A stretch of 59,911 nucleotides of DNA from Corallochytrium limacisporum Hawaii (taxonomy: Eukaryota > Protista > Pluriformea): positions 1 to 59,911 of the forward strand of contig PDIP01000050.1 in the NCBI GenBank assembly GCA_002811645.1, read 5' to 3'. This document shows positions 10,816 through 21,009 of the stretch, piece after piece. A program made the translations under genes and the position numbers. The stretch's first letter is position 1. Every line of letters starts with the position of its first letter. The notes under the pieces are model-generated. The model did not search any database and was not told the origin of the DNA. It saw nothing but the letters and a program-made list of their open reading frames with translations.

Positions 10816-12996
10816 ATGGCACAAGCCAACATACAGATATCCGTGCCGCCGGCGCACAACCATCTGGCCCCACAACATAGTAATGTCTTCGTGTGCAGAG
10901 CAACAGTCGGGCTATGGGAATTTTATAAGTCCTGTAATCCACAGATACATTACGGAGGAAGTGCAAAGCTTCGCAAGTATCTAACCCAGCCAGGGAAACC
11001 GGCAAATGACAATCAGTACGACAACGAAGAAGCAAACCTAATTGTCAGTGTTAACGACTGCCTCACACCGGATGGAACTAGTTTTCCAAAATACAGAGTG
11101 GCTGCATTGCTGGGACAAGGTACCTTTGGGCAAGTGGTACGGTGTAGAGTTCAAGACCGGGAAGACGAAGCTCATCAACCAAAGGATGTTGCAGTGAAGG
11201 TTATCAAGAACAAACCGGCGTATTACAACCAATCCCTTACAGAGGTCAAGATTCTTCAGGAACTGTCGCAGATATATGATCCGGAAAATCAACATCACCT
11301 TGTGCGACTGCTGAACCATTTTATTCACAGAGAACACTTGTGCTTAGTGTTTGAATTGCTGGACATGAATTTGTTTGAGCTGTTGAAGCAGAATGATTTC
11401 AAAGGGGTTAGTGTAAATTTGATCAAATACTTCATGACTCAAATGCTTGATGCGCTAATAGTCATGAAGAAAGCAGGCATAATCCACTGTGATCTGAAGC
11501 CAGAAAATGTGCTGCTGACTGGTCTGGGGAGCCCTTCTATCAAGGTGGTCGATTTCGGATCAGCTTGCTATGAAGGCCATACCGTTTACTCATACATTCA
11601 GTCACGTTTCTATCGTTCACCAGAGGTTATCATCGGCGTACCCTACTCCAGTGCGATTGATATCTGGAGTCTCGGTTGCATTGCAGCAGAACTATACTTA
11701 GGATTGCCAATCTTCCCCGGGTCATCGGAATATGATCAGCTGTACAGAATCCTTGAGGTTACAGGTCCCCTGCCCGATCATATGTTATCACAAGGAATGC
11801 AAACACCTAAGTATTACCATATTTCGCAGGGATACAGCTGCCCAGTATATACCCTGAAGAGTGCAGACGAGTACTACCAGGAATCACGCGAACAGCAGCG
11901 GGTCTGGAAACGGTACTTTGAGATTCATCAGCTTTGGGACATTGAGAGTCCGAAGATCCGACCCTATGAAAACGAGGAAGATATCGACAAGCAAGTCGAG
12001 GATCGTCAAGTGTTTGCAGATTTTCTGTCCCAAATGCTAGTTTTGGACTCCCACCAGCGCTGGACGCCGAATCAGCTCATTGGCCATCCGTTCATCACGG
12101 GCCAATCAATGGCACCGCGGCAGCAGCAACAGCAAGAGACACACACAACCGCCATGGACACTTCAATGAATGCACAGCAACAGCCTCATCAACAGCTACC
12201 CGTGCAGTATCCCAACACTGCATACCACCAGCATCAGAACCCACAGCAACCCCAGCATGCAACATACCACACGGACCAGCCGCCGCCACAGCAGCAGCAG
12301 CATGCCGGTTATGCCATACAGGCAGGCCACGGGCACCACCAGGAACCAGGCTACGCGTATGGGTCTCAACCGCATGGATACACAAATTTACATGCTGTGG
12401 CTGGCAATGGGCAACCACAGCCACAACAGCAACCACAGCAACAGCAACCGCCGCAACAAATGGAGTACTATCCGCCGCAAGCACAGACCCAAACCGCACC
12501 TCCAGCTACGCACACAGCCGCGCCGCCGAACATTTCGTTTGTCCCCATGCCTCCACAACATTGGTACCCAGCACAATACGAGAACGGTAAGTCTGGTGAA
12601 TTCCACCAGCAACAGACTGTGAACTACCCGTACGAGCGGCCACCACCTCCCATGCATGTGCCTCAGGATTCATCTCAACCGCAGCAACAGCAACATGTCC
12701 CAAGGCATCCAGAGGATTACTACCAACCATCATATTCCACTGCGCCGCAAAATCAGTACAGCCAAGCCGTGTTTGGCCCAGGACAGATTGCACCACCGTC
12801 GCAGCAGCACGTCATGCAAATGAACACAGGTGCGCCAATGCACCCTGACTACACAGCACAACAGCATGTTCAGCAGCAGTCGCAGCCGCAGCCACAGCCA
12901 CAGTCGCAGTCGCAGCCACAGCCGCAGCCACAGTCGCGGCAAGCATCGCAGCAGCCTCCTCCTCCGCAGCAGTACATGGCACCCACATATCAATGA
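10816..12996 (+). CDS. YAK1: Yak1/YakA-type DYRK-family dual-specificity kinase with a Q/P/H/Y-rich C-terminal tail
   Basis: LGQGTFGQV, VAVKVIK, HCDLKPEN, DFGSAC and activation loop HTVYSYIQSRFYRSPEV. Yak1-type N-terminal block (LWEFYKSCNP...YLTQP...NDNQYDNEEANLIVSVND). Confidence 0.92.
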   Translation: MAQANIQISVPPAHNHLAPQHSNVFVCRATVGLWEFYKSCNPQIHYGGSAKLRKYLTQPGKPANDNQYDNEEANLIVSVNDCLTPDGTSFPKYRVAALLGQGTFGQVVRCRVQDREDEAHQPKDVAVKVIKNKPAYYNQSLTEVKILQELSQIYDPENQHHLVRLLNHFIHREHLCLVFELLDMNLFELLKQNDFKGVSVNLIKYFMTQMLDALIVMKKAGIIHCDLKPENVLLTGLGSPSIKVVDFGSACYEGHTVYSYIQSRFYRSPEVIIGVPYSSAIDIWSLGCIAAELYLGLPIFPGSSEYDQLYRILEVTGPLPDHMLSQGMQTPKYYHISQGYSCPVYTLKSADEYYQESREQQRVWKRYFEIHQLWDIESPKIRPYENEEDIDKQVEDRQVFADFLSQMLVLDSHQRWTPNQLIGHPFITGQSMAPRQQQQQETHTTAMDTSMNAQQQPHQQLPVQYPNTAYHQHQNPQQPQHATYHTDQPPPQQQQHAGYAIQAGHGHHQEPGYAYGSQPHGYTNLHAVAGNGQPQPQQQPQQQQPPQQMEYYPPQAQTQTAPPATHTAAPPNISFVPMPPQHWYPAQYENGKSGEFHQQQTVNYPYERPPPPMHVPQDSSQPQQQQHVPRHPEDYYQPSYSTAPQNQYSQAVFGPGQIAPPSQQHVMQMNTGAPMHPDYTAQQHVQQQSQPQPQPQSQSQPQPQPQSRQASQQPPPPQQYMAPTYQ
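12871..12945 (+). repeat. Coding (CAG-CCR/CAG-TCG)n hexamer repeat encoding QQQSQPQPQPQSQSQPQPQPQS
   Basis: cagcagcagtcgcagccgcagccacagccacagtcgcagtcgcagccacagccgcagccacagtcg is read directly in the kinase tail. Confidence 0.8.
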
Positions 12997-13204
12997 TCGC
13001 ATGACACACATGAGATAATGTTTCATACTAATGACGTGTACCATATCAATCACATCATAAATAAACTACGGCGAGCAGTATTATAAAGTGCGCACAAGCC
13101 CTTTATTTGAGCCAAACAACTAGGACGGCCTCTACGTGTTTGCTTTTTGCAATTTCAACAAAGAGAGGCGACGACGTCATTGAAAGGGCGGGATTTCGAT
13201 GCCT

Positions 13205-14764
13205 TTACTTGTAGATCTTGCCCTGGTTGAAGGCAGGCAGGGTGGAGGGGAAGTTCTCCCATTTCAGGAACGCATTGACGTACTCCTTCGCGGCCTGATC
13301 ATCAGGGTTTAGCTTGGTAAATTCGTAAGACTCGTAGTCGACCTGCCAGTCAGGAGAAAGAGGGAAGGGCAGCTCCTGACCACGGACAACCCAGATTCCG
13401 TGAATCTCGTTTTTGTTGTTTTCACCGAACACACACACGGATCCGAAAGCATACTTGCGCATGGAATCCAGGCGCTGGAACATACCAGTGATCAGGTTAC
13501 AGCTCATGAAGACCAGGGCCAATTCTTCGTTGTACTTGTAGTCGGCCTTCCAAATGGCGTAGCCCTCCTTGTCAAAGTTTTCCCAGAACCAGGCAATCGA
13601 CTTGTCTTCATCCTCGTTGGAATAAACGCGCTTGAACTCCTCAATGTTAAAGGTGGACTTAGGCAGATGACCAAACACGTCCTTTTTCTTCGGCTTCTCC
13701 TCGGCTGCGGGGGCGGCTGCGGCAGCGGGCTTGTCCGCCTTGGGCTTGGTAACCTCTTTCTTCTTGGGCTGGTAGGTGGCCATCTTGCTAGCCAGAGTGA
13801 CCTCGCCGAGGACAGATTTGAACTCGGGTTGGTTGCGGCAGGTGGTGAACCAGCGATTGGTGTGCTTGTAGGCAGCCCGGAACTCAGGGTCGAGGAGATT
13901 CTTGTAGAGAACGTCGAGGTGACAGACGATGGCAATATCGGCGATTGAGATGCGCTCACCAATCAGGTAGGTACGGGAACGGAGGTGGGAGTTCAGGACA
14001 GATAGGGCCTTCTTGATGTCCTCCTTGGCTTTGGTCTCGGCACCCTTGTTGTAAGGCGTATTGCCTTCGATAGGGAACCACCAGACATCGGCAGCGGGGC
14101 GCACTACAGTCGTCTCGAAGGACAGCCATTGCTGGATCAGGGCACGCTCAAGATCAGTAGATCCGGTCAAGGCAGGCGCACCAGCTATGTTTTGTGAAGT
14201 TAGTATGAAGAAAAAAGACTGACGTTAGTGGTCACAAATTCATGAGCGAGAGAAAATAATGGCAATAAGAGCGGTCAGACAATGACTTTGGTGATCAAGG
14301 TGGGAAAAATGACTTCGAGAGAGCATGCGACATTGATGAATGACGGTGTCAGATGTATCCGTATCAACTGCTTGTATCGACGCGATATTTAAAGTTACCG
14401 GTGCGCCTTCTGCCAGGGATAAATGTCATCAGTTAACCGAAGGAATCAAAGTCAACGATGCCGCAGTGCGCCCCAAACTTTCCGCAATTGTTCATTCAAT
14501 TGTTTTCCCGATCACCATTGTTGATCACAGCCGCACGAAATACTTACCGTAGCTTAGCAGAGCGTCGGACTCAAAGATGTTCTGGCCCTCAGCTGTCATG
14601 ACAGGGACCTTACCAAGTGGAAATTTCTCAAGGAAATTAGCGGTGGTGTTGTCCTTACCCAAAACAATGGACTCCTCAACCTTGAGGTCTTTGCCAGTGT
14701 ACTTGGCAGCCACTTGCACCTTAGGGAGGCAGCGGCAGTTCTTAATGGTCTTGATCTCAGCCAT
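13205..14764 (-). CDS. EEF1G: Translation elongation factor 1B-gamma; two exons, join(14764..14548, 14184..13205), 398 aa
   Basis: Exon 1 is a GST-N domain (FLEKFPLGKVPV...IFESDALLSY). Exon 2 is GST-C (RTYLIGERISIADI) plus the EF1G domain (FKRVYSNED, WKADYKYNEEL, FMSCNLITGMFQRLD, DWQVDYESY, FNQGKIYK). Splicing gives in-frame ...SY-AGAPALTGS... and the 1197-nt total is divisible by 3. Confidence 0.96.
14185..14547 (-). other. Spliceosomal intron (363 nt, phase 1) of eEF1B-gamma; snoRNA host
   Basis: Donor G|GTAAGT at 14547, branch point TACTAAC at 14205-14199, acceptor CATAG| ending at 14185; removal restores the reading frame. Confidence 0.95.
14344..14439 (-). ncRNA. snR38: Intronic box C/D snoRNA, snR38/SNORD1 orthologue (LSU rRNA Gm2815-equivalent, yeast numbering)
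   Basis: Minus strand: CGGT-taac-TGATGA (box C, 14431-14426), guide TTATCCCTG (14422-14414), D' CAGA (14412-14409), GGTAACTTT (14399-14391), box D CTGA (14352-14349), then c-ACCG closing a terminal CGGT/ACCG stem. The guide is complementary to the conserved LSU CAGGGAUAA, and the +5 rule selects the middle G. Confidence 0.9.
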
Positions 14765-15591
14765 GTTTGCTGTTTAAGTGAAAAGTTTTGCGATATGCAA
14801 CTATAGTGGAGAAAAACTGGATCGTAAGCTTCTGAAAAGTCAATTTGAGATCCTGAATAGCTGGCTTTCTACAGTGGGCCTGCCGTATCCCACAGCCAAT
14901 AGAGTGTCGAACAAAGAATGCTAACTTCTGTTACCGAATCTCCCGGTGAATCCACCGTTTCGCTCATGCTACTGTGCTATTCTTTTACTTTTTCCCGCAT
15001 GGAAAAAAATGAAAGGTAACATTCACTTCCCTTGCAAGTCTCCAGCTCACTCTTAGATCATGCAAAGTGTGTTGGGTGGTCTCTGGGTCTCTTGACAGTT
15101 TGGCTTGTCAACCTACTAAGCGTCAGCAACTGAACTTATGGAGCTGTTGTTAACAACGGAGGGCCTTGGTGAGAGTTTGGAGAGTGGGGATGTCCCGCTC
15201 TCTAGACTTGGCCAGTTGGAGAGGAAGGTAGAGTGTGACCCACGAGGTTGTGACGGAGGGGGGCAGTTTAGTCGATTGTGGGGGGAGGAGCGCAGTTCTA
15301 ACTGCCAGGTGAAATGTCCCCCACTCACAGAAACTCCAGGTGGGTGGGTTACCATTATTTTGAGACCTTGTTCTCTTCCACTGCTATGTTCAGCACTACT
15401 AGGACATTAAGGGATGTTACATGTTGAGTTATGCAGCGTAAAAAGTATTGCAAGAGCCATTCTTACCACTAAGAGCGGATTCTCGTGCTCGTGTAGGTCA
15501 ACGTTGGGTCCATTGGGCAATTAGTACAATGGAGCTATTCTTTATATGTACTATGTGTTTGATTTTCCTATCAATGAGTAGAGGTAGGTTT

Positions 15592-16212
15592 TCAGCCTGA
15601 ATGCTCATCTTCTGTGTCTTCCTGTATACCGTGTTTCTGCTTGACGAAGGTGTTGGCCTTGATCATCTCCACTTCCTTTTCGAATTTCTCAACTTTCTTC
15701 TTGATTTGATTCGGCGTCAACTGGTTGTAGTTCAGCTTAATATCTCGGGATGCTTTAGAAAAATTCTTGCCATATTTTTTTACTACAGCCTCGGCGAACC
15801 TAAAGTCACCCTCGCTCATATGGTAGTACCAAACACGGTCGGAATCTTCCTTTGCTCTCCGTTCCAGTTCTTCCACAATTTCTGACTGTACTGTTACACC
15901 TTTTGATAGTTTACTCTTGTCGTTTACAATGTGAACTTCACCATCCTCACCGAGAGTTCCCACTGCGTCCTCCTGCGGTACGCTGAGGACCTGCTGGGCA
16001 CCACCCTTGCGGAGGAAGGAATCATTGGGATTTGCTGCCAGTCCCATGGCACGGAAGTTCTCTCGAATGGATTTCTTGCGATCCCACGCTTTGGCAATGG
16101 TAGGGTCCGCAACTGTGACCTTCTTTAGTTTGCGAGTCTGTGTGTGCTTCCGCTTGCTCGTAGTCTTGGGGGTCGCGGCCCGCCGTGAGGCACGTCTCCG
16201 AATGTTCGCCAT
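15592..16212 (-). CDS. NOP16: Nucleolar protein 16 (60S biogenesis)
   Basis: IAKAWDRKKSIRENFRAMGLAANPN and MSEGDFRFAEAVVKKYGKNFSKASRDIKLNYNQLTPNQIKK match the Nop16 family. Confidence 0.93.
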   Translation of the reverse strand: MANIRRRASRRAATPKTTSKRKHTQTRKLKKVTVADPTIAKAWDRKKSIRENFRAMGLAANPNDSFLRKGGAQQVLSVPQEDAVGTLGEDGEVHIVNDKSKLSKGVTVQSEIVEELERRAKEDSDRVWYYHMSEGDFRFAEAVVKKYGKNFSKASRDIKLNYNQLTPNQIKKKVEKFEKEVEMIKANTFVKQKHGIQEDTEDEHSG

Positions 16213-16780
16213 AGCTTAGTTGTTTAAACTGAAGACAAACCACCTAAGGAGCAACAGGCATTGTTTCGCGTACGCGACTAAGTTTGAATAACTTCATATT
16301 ATATATTCGATCAGATTCGAAATACCATGTGATCTCTACGGAATGGACAGAACTAAAGTCATTGATAATGAGCCGTTCACTTGTTAAATCCGCTCAAACC
16401 CGGCACCCTCCCTAGACCGCTGGGGACACGAGGTGTCACCAGCTCGGACCCCTCCCCTTTCCCCTCCCGGAAAAGGTGAGGAGGGGCAGGGCGTTTGGTT
16501 TCGAGGGGATCATGAAACAAGTGCAGGAGTAGAGCAGAAGACCATGACCATGTCTACAGAGCTCCACTTTCACTCATTGCTTTGTTCTCTACACCACTGG
16601 GTTCAAACAGTGTGTGCCAGCGGACATACTGCTACCATCGCTGGCACTATGCCGCGCCTGATCTAACGAGATTTCTTAGCCGTCCGCAGCGAATGCTGTA
16701 GCCTGTACTCATATCTGGCTCTAAGTGCAACCGAACGTCTGTCTATTAGTAGTAGTCTAATGGAACTGCCATTGATGTGG

Positions 16781-17671
16781 CTAGGGCGGCGGTGGCGTTG
16801 CTTGCTGCGGCTGATTCGGTTGCGGGTACGGTTTTGGTCCCATGGGATACTGTGACACTCCGTAGGCGTCCCGATGCCGCCTTCGCAATTCCTGGAAGGT
16901 CATTCGCGACTGTCGCTGAGTATGCTCATTGTCATCGTCATGGTCCCCTAGGTTGTCAGCATAATACTCTGTCTCTTGGTCCTGGTAACCGATACTGTTG
17001 TCGTCTTCAGAGCCTCCCTGGTCGCTAGACACCTGATGGAGGTCTTGGTTCCGTCTGCTGCCCGGGGGCCCCTTCCACGTCGACTGCGATCTCGACCAGA
17101 CGGTCTCAGTGGGTTGCCTGTCTCCCCATGCCTTGGGCTCTGCGGAGTGGTCCTCTTGTTGTTGGCGACTTATGTCCATCAAGTCATCAAAAGCAGTATC
17201 ACTCTGTCTATTTTCTGTCCTGTGGTGGTGATCTATTGACTGATAGCTACTGTCCCTTGTATCCTCTTCCATGGAGAAACCAATGTCCTCTACCTTTTGC
17301 ATGTTGCCGCCTACAGTGGTCGTCTGGGGCTGAGCGGAAGGTAACTTCAGGCCTTGAATTTCCAGGTGCTTACGCACATGCTCTGCCAAGGGACTATTCT
17401 CCAGTTCCAGCACCCTCGACACAGCCGTGGGCCCGTAGCTCACGATGCCTACGTAGAACCCGAGCATGTATGATGTACCAATGGCAAAACCTTTCAGGCG
17501 GTTGTTGGTCCTGAATTTTGTCGACTGCACAACGCGCCAGGTTAGGAGCATGGATCCCAGGCTCCATACCATACCTCGTACCGCAGCTTGACGACTGCAG
17601 CTTTTCAATACTTCCTTCTCTTCCGGCGTTGGGTTATACCCTCGCCCCATGGCCTTACCAATAATATCCAT
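16781..17671 (-). CDS. OCIAD1: OCIA-domain protein (OCIAD1/asrij-like)
   Basis: YNPTPEEKEVLKSC, two hydrophobic helices, GFYVGIVSY...LENSPLAEHVRK, and C-terminal MTFQELRRRHR. Confidence 0.8.
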   Translation of the reverse strand: MDIIGKAMGRGYNPTPEEKEVLKSCSRQAAVRGMVWSLGSMLLTWRVVQSTKFRTNNRLKGFAIGTSYMLGFYVGIVSYGPTAVSRVLELENSPLAEHVRKHLEIQGLKLPSAQPQTTTVGGNMQKVEDIGFSMEEDTRDSSYQSIDHHHRTENRQSDTAFDDLMDISRQQQEDHSAEPKAWGDRQPTETVWSRSQSTWKGPPGSRRNQDLHQVSSDQGGSEDDNSIGYQDQETEYYADNLGDHDDDNEHTQRQSRMTFQELRRRHRDAYGVSQYPMGPKPYPQPNQPQQATPPPP

Positions 17672-18203
17672 CGTTGCCTTTTGTATAGGTGCTCCGAGAA
17701 AGCTGTTGTGTGCAGAGAGATCCAGTACTGTTCACATTTGAAGCTCTCCATTGTTCACCGACGCCTTTTTTCTCAGCTATGGCTCCTTCTGATACCTTCG
17801 CGAGTTGACTTCGACTGAAAACAGAGATGGTGCCATCCGCCAACAAGCCAGCAGTCGGTGTACGACAGTGCCGATGACGAGCGGGTTCTCTTGTTCCCCA
17901 TTCTTTAGGCAGAGGTGACATGCAGGAACGGAACGTTCTCAGCAACAAAACGGGACAGAATATGTCAGTGTCCTCAAACGTCAAAACTCTCTATGTGCAG
18001 TTGGGGGCGGGACGGAGAGGGAGAGCACCCATTCTCTGCGTGCGGCCACTGAAACAAAATTCCTATCACGAGTGACGATGTCACTTGTGGTTGCAGGTGT
18101 TCCTAAGATCAAGCAGGAAAACTAGGGTATTTCACTGGATCGAAATGGTTTTTGTGATTCCATAATGACACATCAATCCGTAGTGGTGTCTTAGACGTCT
18201 ACA

Positions 18204-18935
18204 ATGGGGAATCAACAAACAAAGCCGGACCAACTGTCCAACTCGGCGAAGACTGGGGTCCTGACAATATCGGGAAAGAAGCTAAAGTCAGTCAAGACGG
18301 AACTGGTGGCACAAATTAAGGACAATCTGCGAGTATTAGACGTTTCAAATAATGCTTTAGAGTCTATTGAGCGCTTGATGCTATGCACAAAACTGCAGAG
18401 GTTAGATGCAGGTTACAACAAGATTGTCAGCATCCCGCAGAACATCGGCAGTCTCTCATCGTTGACAAAGTTGGTGTTGGATTCAAATCAGATCTCTGTG
18501 ATCCCTTCGGAATTGGGGAAATTGAGTAAGCTCAAGCATTTATCACTGAAAGCAAATCGCATTGAGACACTGCCAACAGAACTGGGGGAGTTGAAAGAGC
18601 TGGAGTTTTTGGGACTCAAGCAGAACCGACTGACCTCCGTGCCGGACTCTCTGGCGGGCCTGGACTTCCTGTTAGAATTGGATCTCAGTTTGAACCAGAT
18701 GTCGCACATCAACTCTAGCCTGGCTCAATGTAGTCGACTGAAAGTGTTGCGTATGGACGGGAACAAACTAACACACACACCCGATTCAATACCTGATCTA
18801 ATCCTCGCTCGGTCCAAAATTTCCACTCTCGGGATCGATGGTAACAGTGGTATTGACCATAAGGCGCTACGCAACCGGGATGCCCATGACGTATATTTGC
18901 AAAGGTTTACGAAGGCACAGAATAAGGCACTGTAG
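18204..18935 (+). CDS. LRRC57: Leucine-rich repeat protein, LRRC57-like
   Basis: MGN start (possible myristoylation), SAKTGVL, about 7 LxxLxLxxNxI repeats, C-terminal YLQRFTKAQNK. Confidence 0.85.
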   Translation: MGNQQTKPDQLSNSAKTGVLTISGKKLKSVKTELVAQIKDNLRVLDVSNNALESIERLMLCTKLQRLDAGYNKIVSIPQNIGSLSSLTKLVLDSNQISVIPSELGKLSKLKHLSLKANRIETLPTELGELKELEFLGLKQNRLTSVPDSLAGLDFLLELDLSLNQMSHINSSLAQCSRLKVLRMDGNKLTHTPDSIPDLILARSKISTLGIDGNSGIDHKALRNRDAHDVYLQRFTKAQNKAL

Positions 18936-19017
18936 AGATAAACCAGCAATCTAGCCGATACATGCTACGACTCAAGACAATTCTTCATTTACATAGTTTG
19001 TTCTTCGTATTTGCATT

Positions 19018-21009
19018 TTATTGGGCCTTGAGGTACTCAATGAACGCTTTTAAATTTGTAGCCACATTCATCGCATCCTCGTCATTTTGCAGACTCTGAA
19101 GACACAGAAGACCACTGGCCAGGCGCTCGCCACAACCGTATGTCTGGGCTAGAATCGGTGTGAATTCGTCACGCCCGTAAACTGTAAAGATCGCCTCCGC
19201 GGCCGTCACAGCGAGCTCAAGACTGCGCTTCTGGTCAAGACACGCTAAAACGTGAGGAGCGAGCAGAGCAGCTGTGTCCACGTCAGTGATGAACGCATCT
19301 GTGAAGAAATCGATTGCTCGACACAGATCGGCGGCATACCAATCCAAAAGCTTGCGGTCTTGCTCTGATTTGGCACTCGCATCCAAAGCGATCAGTATTT
19401 CCACACAGAGCTCCACTAGACGCTTACCACTCCCACTATTGCGCAAGTTGGCCCCGAAGCGGTGACCCAGAACTTCTGCTACAGATTCATCCTCGGATCT
19501 TCGCCAGCTCTCTCCCAGGGCACCAATCTGCTGCAATAAACCAAAGAGCACCGGAGCGCGGTGCTGATCGAGAGGGAGAGTTGTACTACTGATTACACGT
19601 TGTGCAATAATAGAGAACAGTTCACTGAGCAGGGCCTCTGGGCATGGCTCGGCAGCAACATCTGCAGCACCAATCGTCACTAGTTCACCACAGTTCGCTG
19701 ATAGCGTGTCCAGTTCCTCCATGATCGTTTCCTTGACCTCAGTTTTCGTGGACCGCAGGCGTTGATCCGCACAGACAGCCTGCAGACGGATCAATTCGGA
19801 CATCATTGCTGTTCCCGGGAACTCCGTGCCGGCATCGTCGTCGTCGTTTGCTGTCGTCAGCTCGAGGGTAAAGAGATAGTTCACACAAGCCATGAGCAGG
19901 TCAAAGTGTGCCTGCAACTGCCTCTCCATAAGGTCCTCGTTTCCTGCGCCGCCGCTCTTTTTAGTCTCTGATGGCGGCTTCGCAACAATGGCCTCCACTC
20001 TGCACCGCAGCAGCCGCTCCTGCAGAGCATAGCGCACCACCGGCTCCAGGGTCCTGGCGAACCGTGTGGGCGCCCGCTCTGGTTTCAATTGGGCCTCAAT
20101 CTCCCCTGCACGGAGCGCCATGGTCACTATCCCAACCTGGGACAGTGGCATTTCGCCTGTATCGTGGACAGATGCGCTGCCTTGGATAGTTTGCACTAGG
20201 GCGTAGCCCAGTTCTGTACAAGACTGGAGCGTTGCTGTGAATTCCGCACTGTAGGGCTGGATCCACCTTTCGGCCAGCTCCTGACTGTCTGCAGCCATAG
20301 CCAATGCATACATTACAGCGGATAGGTGATTCATTCCCGTGTGCCAATTGCTTTTCTGGTCCATGGAGACTACAGACAGATATTGTGCCACAAGCCCGCA
20401 GCTGGGAAGCAGATCATAGCCACCGTCTTCGAAATAAATCACAGCTGCAACCGCCGAGAACCCAGAGCTGATCATGGTCATCACGTAGACACGCTCCACA
20501 GTGCTGGTGGCAGATCCGTCCACAACAGCCTGCAGTGCAGAGGACAGTGTGCCGGAGATGGCCTCTGTTTGCTCTGTATTATTAACGAGAGATTGGGCAA
20601 CGTTCTCGGCCACTGCACTGCCCAGAATCACCTGCAGAGCCATCATGGCCTCGGCACGGATCCCGAAAGAAGTGTCGTTCTTCAGAATGTGCAGCAGTCC
20701 GCCAAGCATATTCCTTTGCATGAACTGCAAAGCTGCGGAATCTCGGGTCAGCAAGTACGTCAATGCACCGCACGCTGATTCTCGAGCATCCTTATCTGTA
20801 CTTGAAAGTTTGGCAGCAACGTCTTCGAGGCGGATCAAGGATCCAAGTCCACTATTGGTCGCATCACCAGAAATTGTGACGTGTTGGTTATTCTCGGACC
20901 GATCGCAGTCTTCTCGCCTGTTTCCTCCGAGCAGTTCACGCTGCCTGCCTCTATACTGCTCGCTCCGATTTCTCCGGGAGTGAGCTTTACTATTCTTCCG
21001 GCGAACCAT
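19018..21009 (-). CDS. HEATR3: HEATR3/Syo1 (symportin; ARM/HEAT adaptor for uL5/uL18 import)
   Basis: Basic N-terminus MVRRKNSK...RRNR; ARM start KLSSTDKDARESACGAL; C-terminal AAEAIFTVYGRDE and NLKAFIEYLK. Confidence 0.75.
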   Translation of the reverse strand: MVRRKNSKAHSRRNRSEQYRGRQRELLGGNRREDCDRSENNQHVTISGDATNSGLGSLIRLEDVAAKLSSTDKDARESACGALTYLLTRDSAALQFMQRNMLGGLLHILKNDTSFGIRAEAMMALQVILGSAVAENVAQSLVNNTEQTEAISGTLSSALQAVVDGSATSTVERVYVMTMISSGFSAVAAVIYFEDGGYDLLPSCGLVAQYLSVVSMDQKSNWHTGMNHLSAVMYALAMAADSQELAERWIQPYSAEFTATLQSCTELGYALVQTIQGSASVHDTGEMPLSQVGIVTMALRAGEIEAQLKPERAPTRFARTLEPVVRYALQERLLRCRVEAIVAKPPSETKKSGGAGNEDLMERQLQAHFDLLMACVNYLFTLELTTANDDDDAGTEFPGTAMMSELIRLQAVCADQRLRSTKTEVKETIMEELDTLSANCGELVTIGAADVAAEPCPEALLSELFSIIAQRVISSTTLPLDQHRAPVLFGLLQQIGALGESWRRSEDESVAEVLGHRFGANLRNSGSGKRLVELCVEILIALDASAKSEQDRKLLDWYAADLCRAIDFFTDAFITDVDTAALLAPHVLACLDQKRSLELAVTAAEAIFTVYGRDEFTPILAQTYGCGERLASGLLCLQSLQNDEDAMNVATNLKAFIEYLKAQ

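Noticed and set aside
10048-10878. 276-aa minus-strand ORF
   Set aside because: No recognisable motifs or protein-like composition; it overlaps the Yak1 start and upstream region.
15030-15545. RNase MRP/P-like fragments (GAAATGTCCCC ~15310, AGTTA ~15427, ACAATGGAGCTATTC ~15526)
   Set aside because: P4 pairing is mismatched for the correctly spaced pair, the alternative AAGTCTCC is about 490 nt away, and there is no GARAR P8 loop. The region is better explained as EEF1G promoter plus NOP16 3' end; an Infernal search would settle it.
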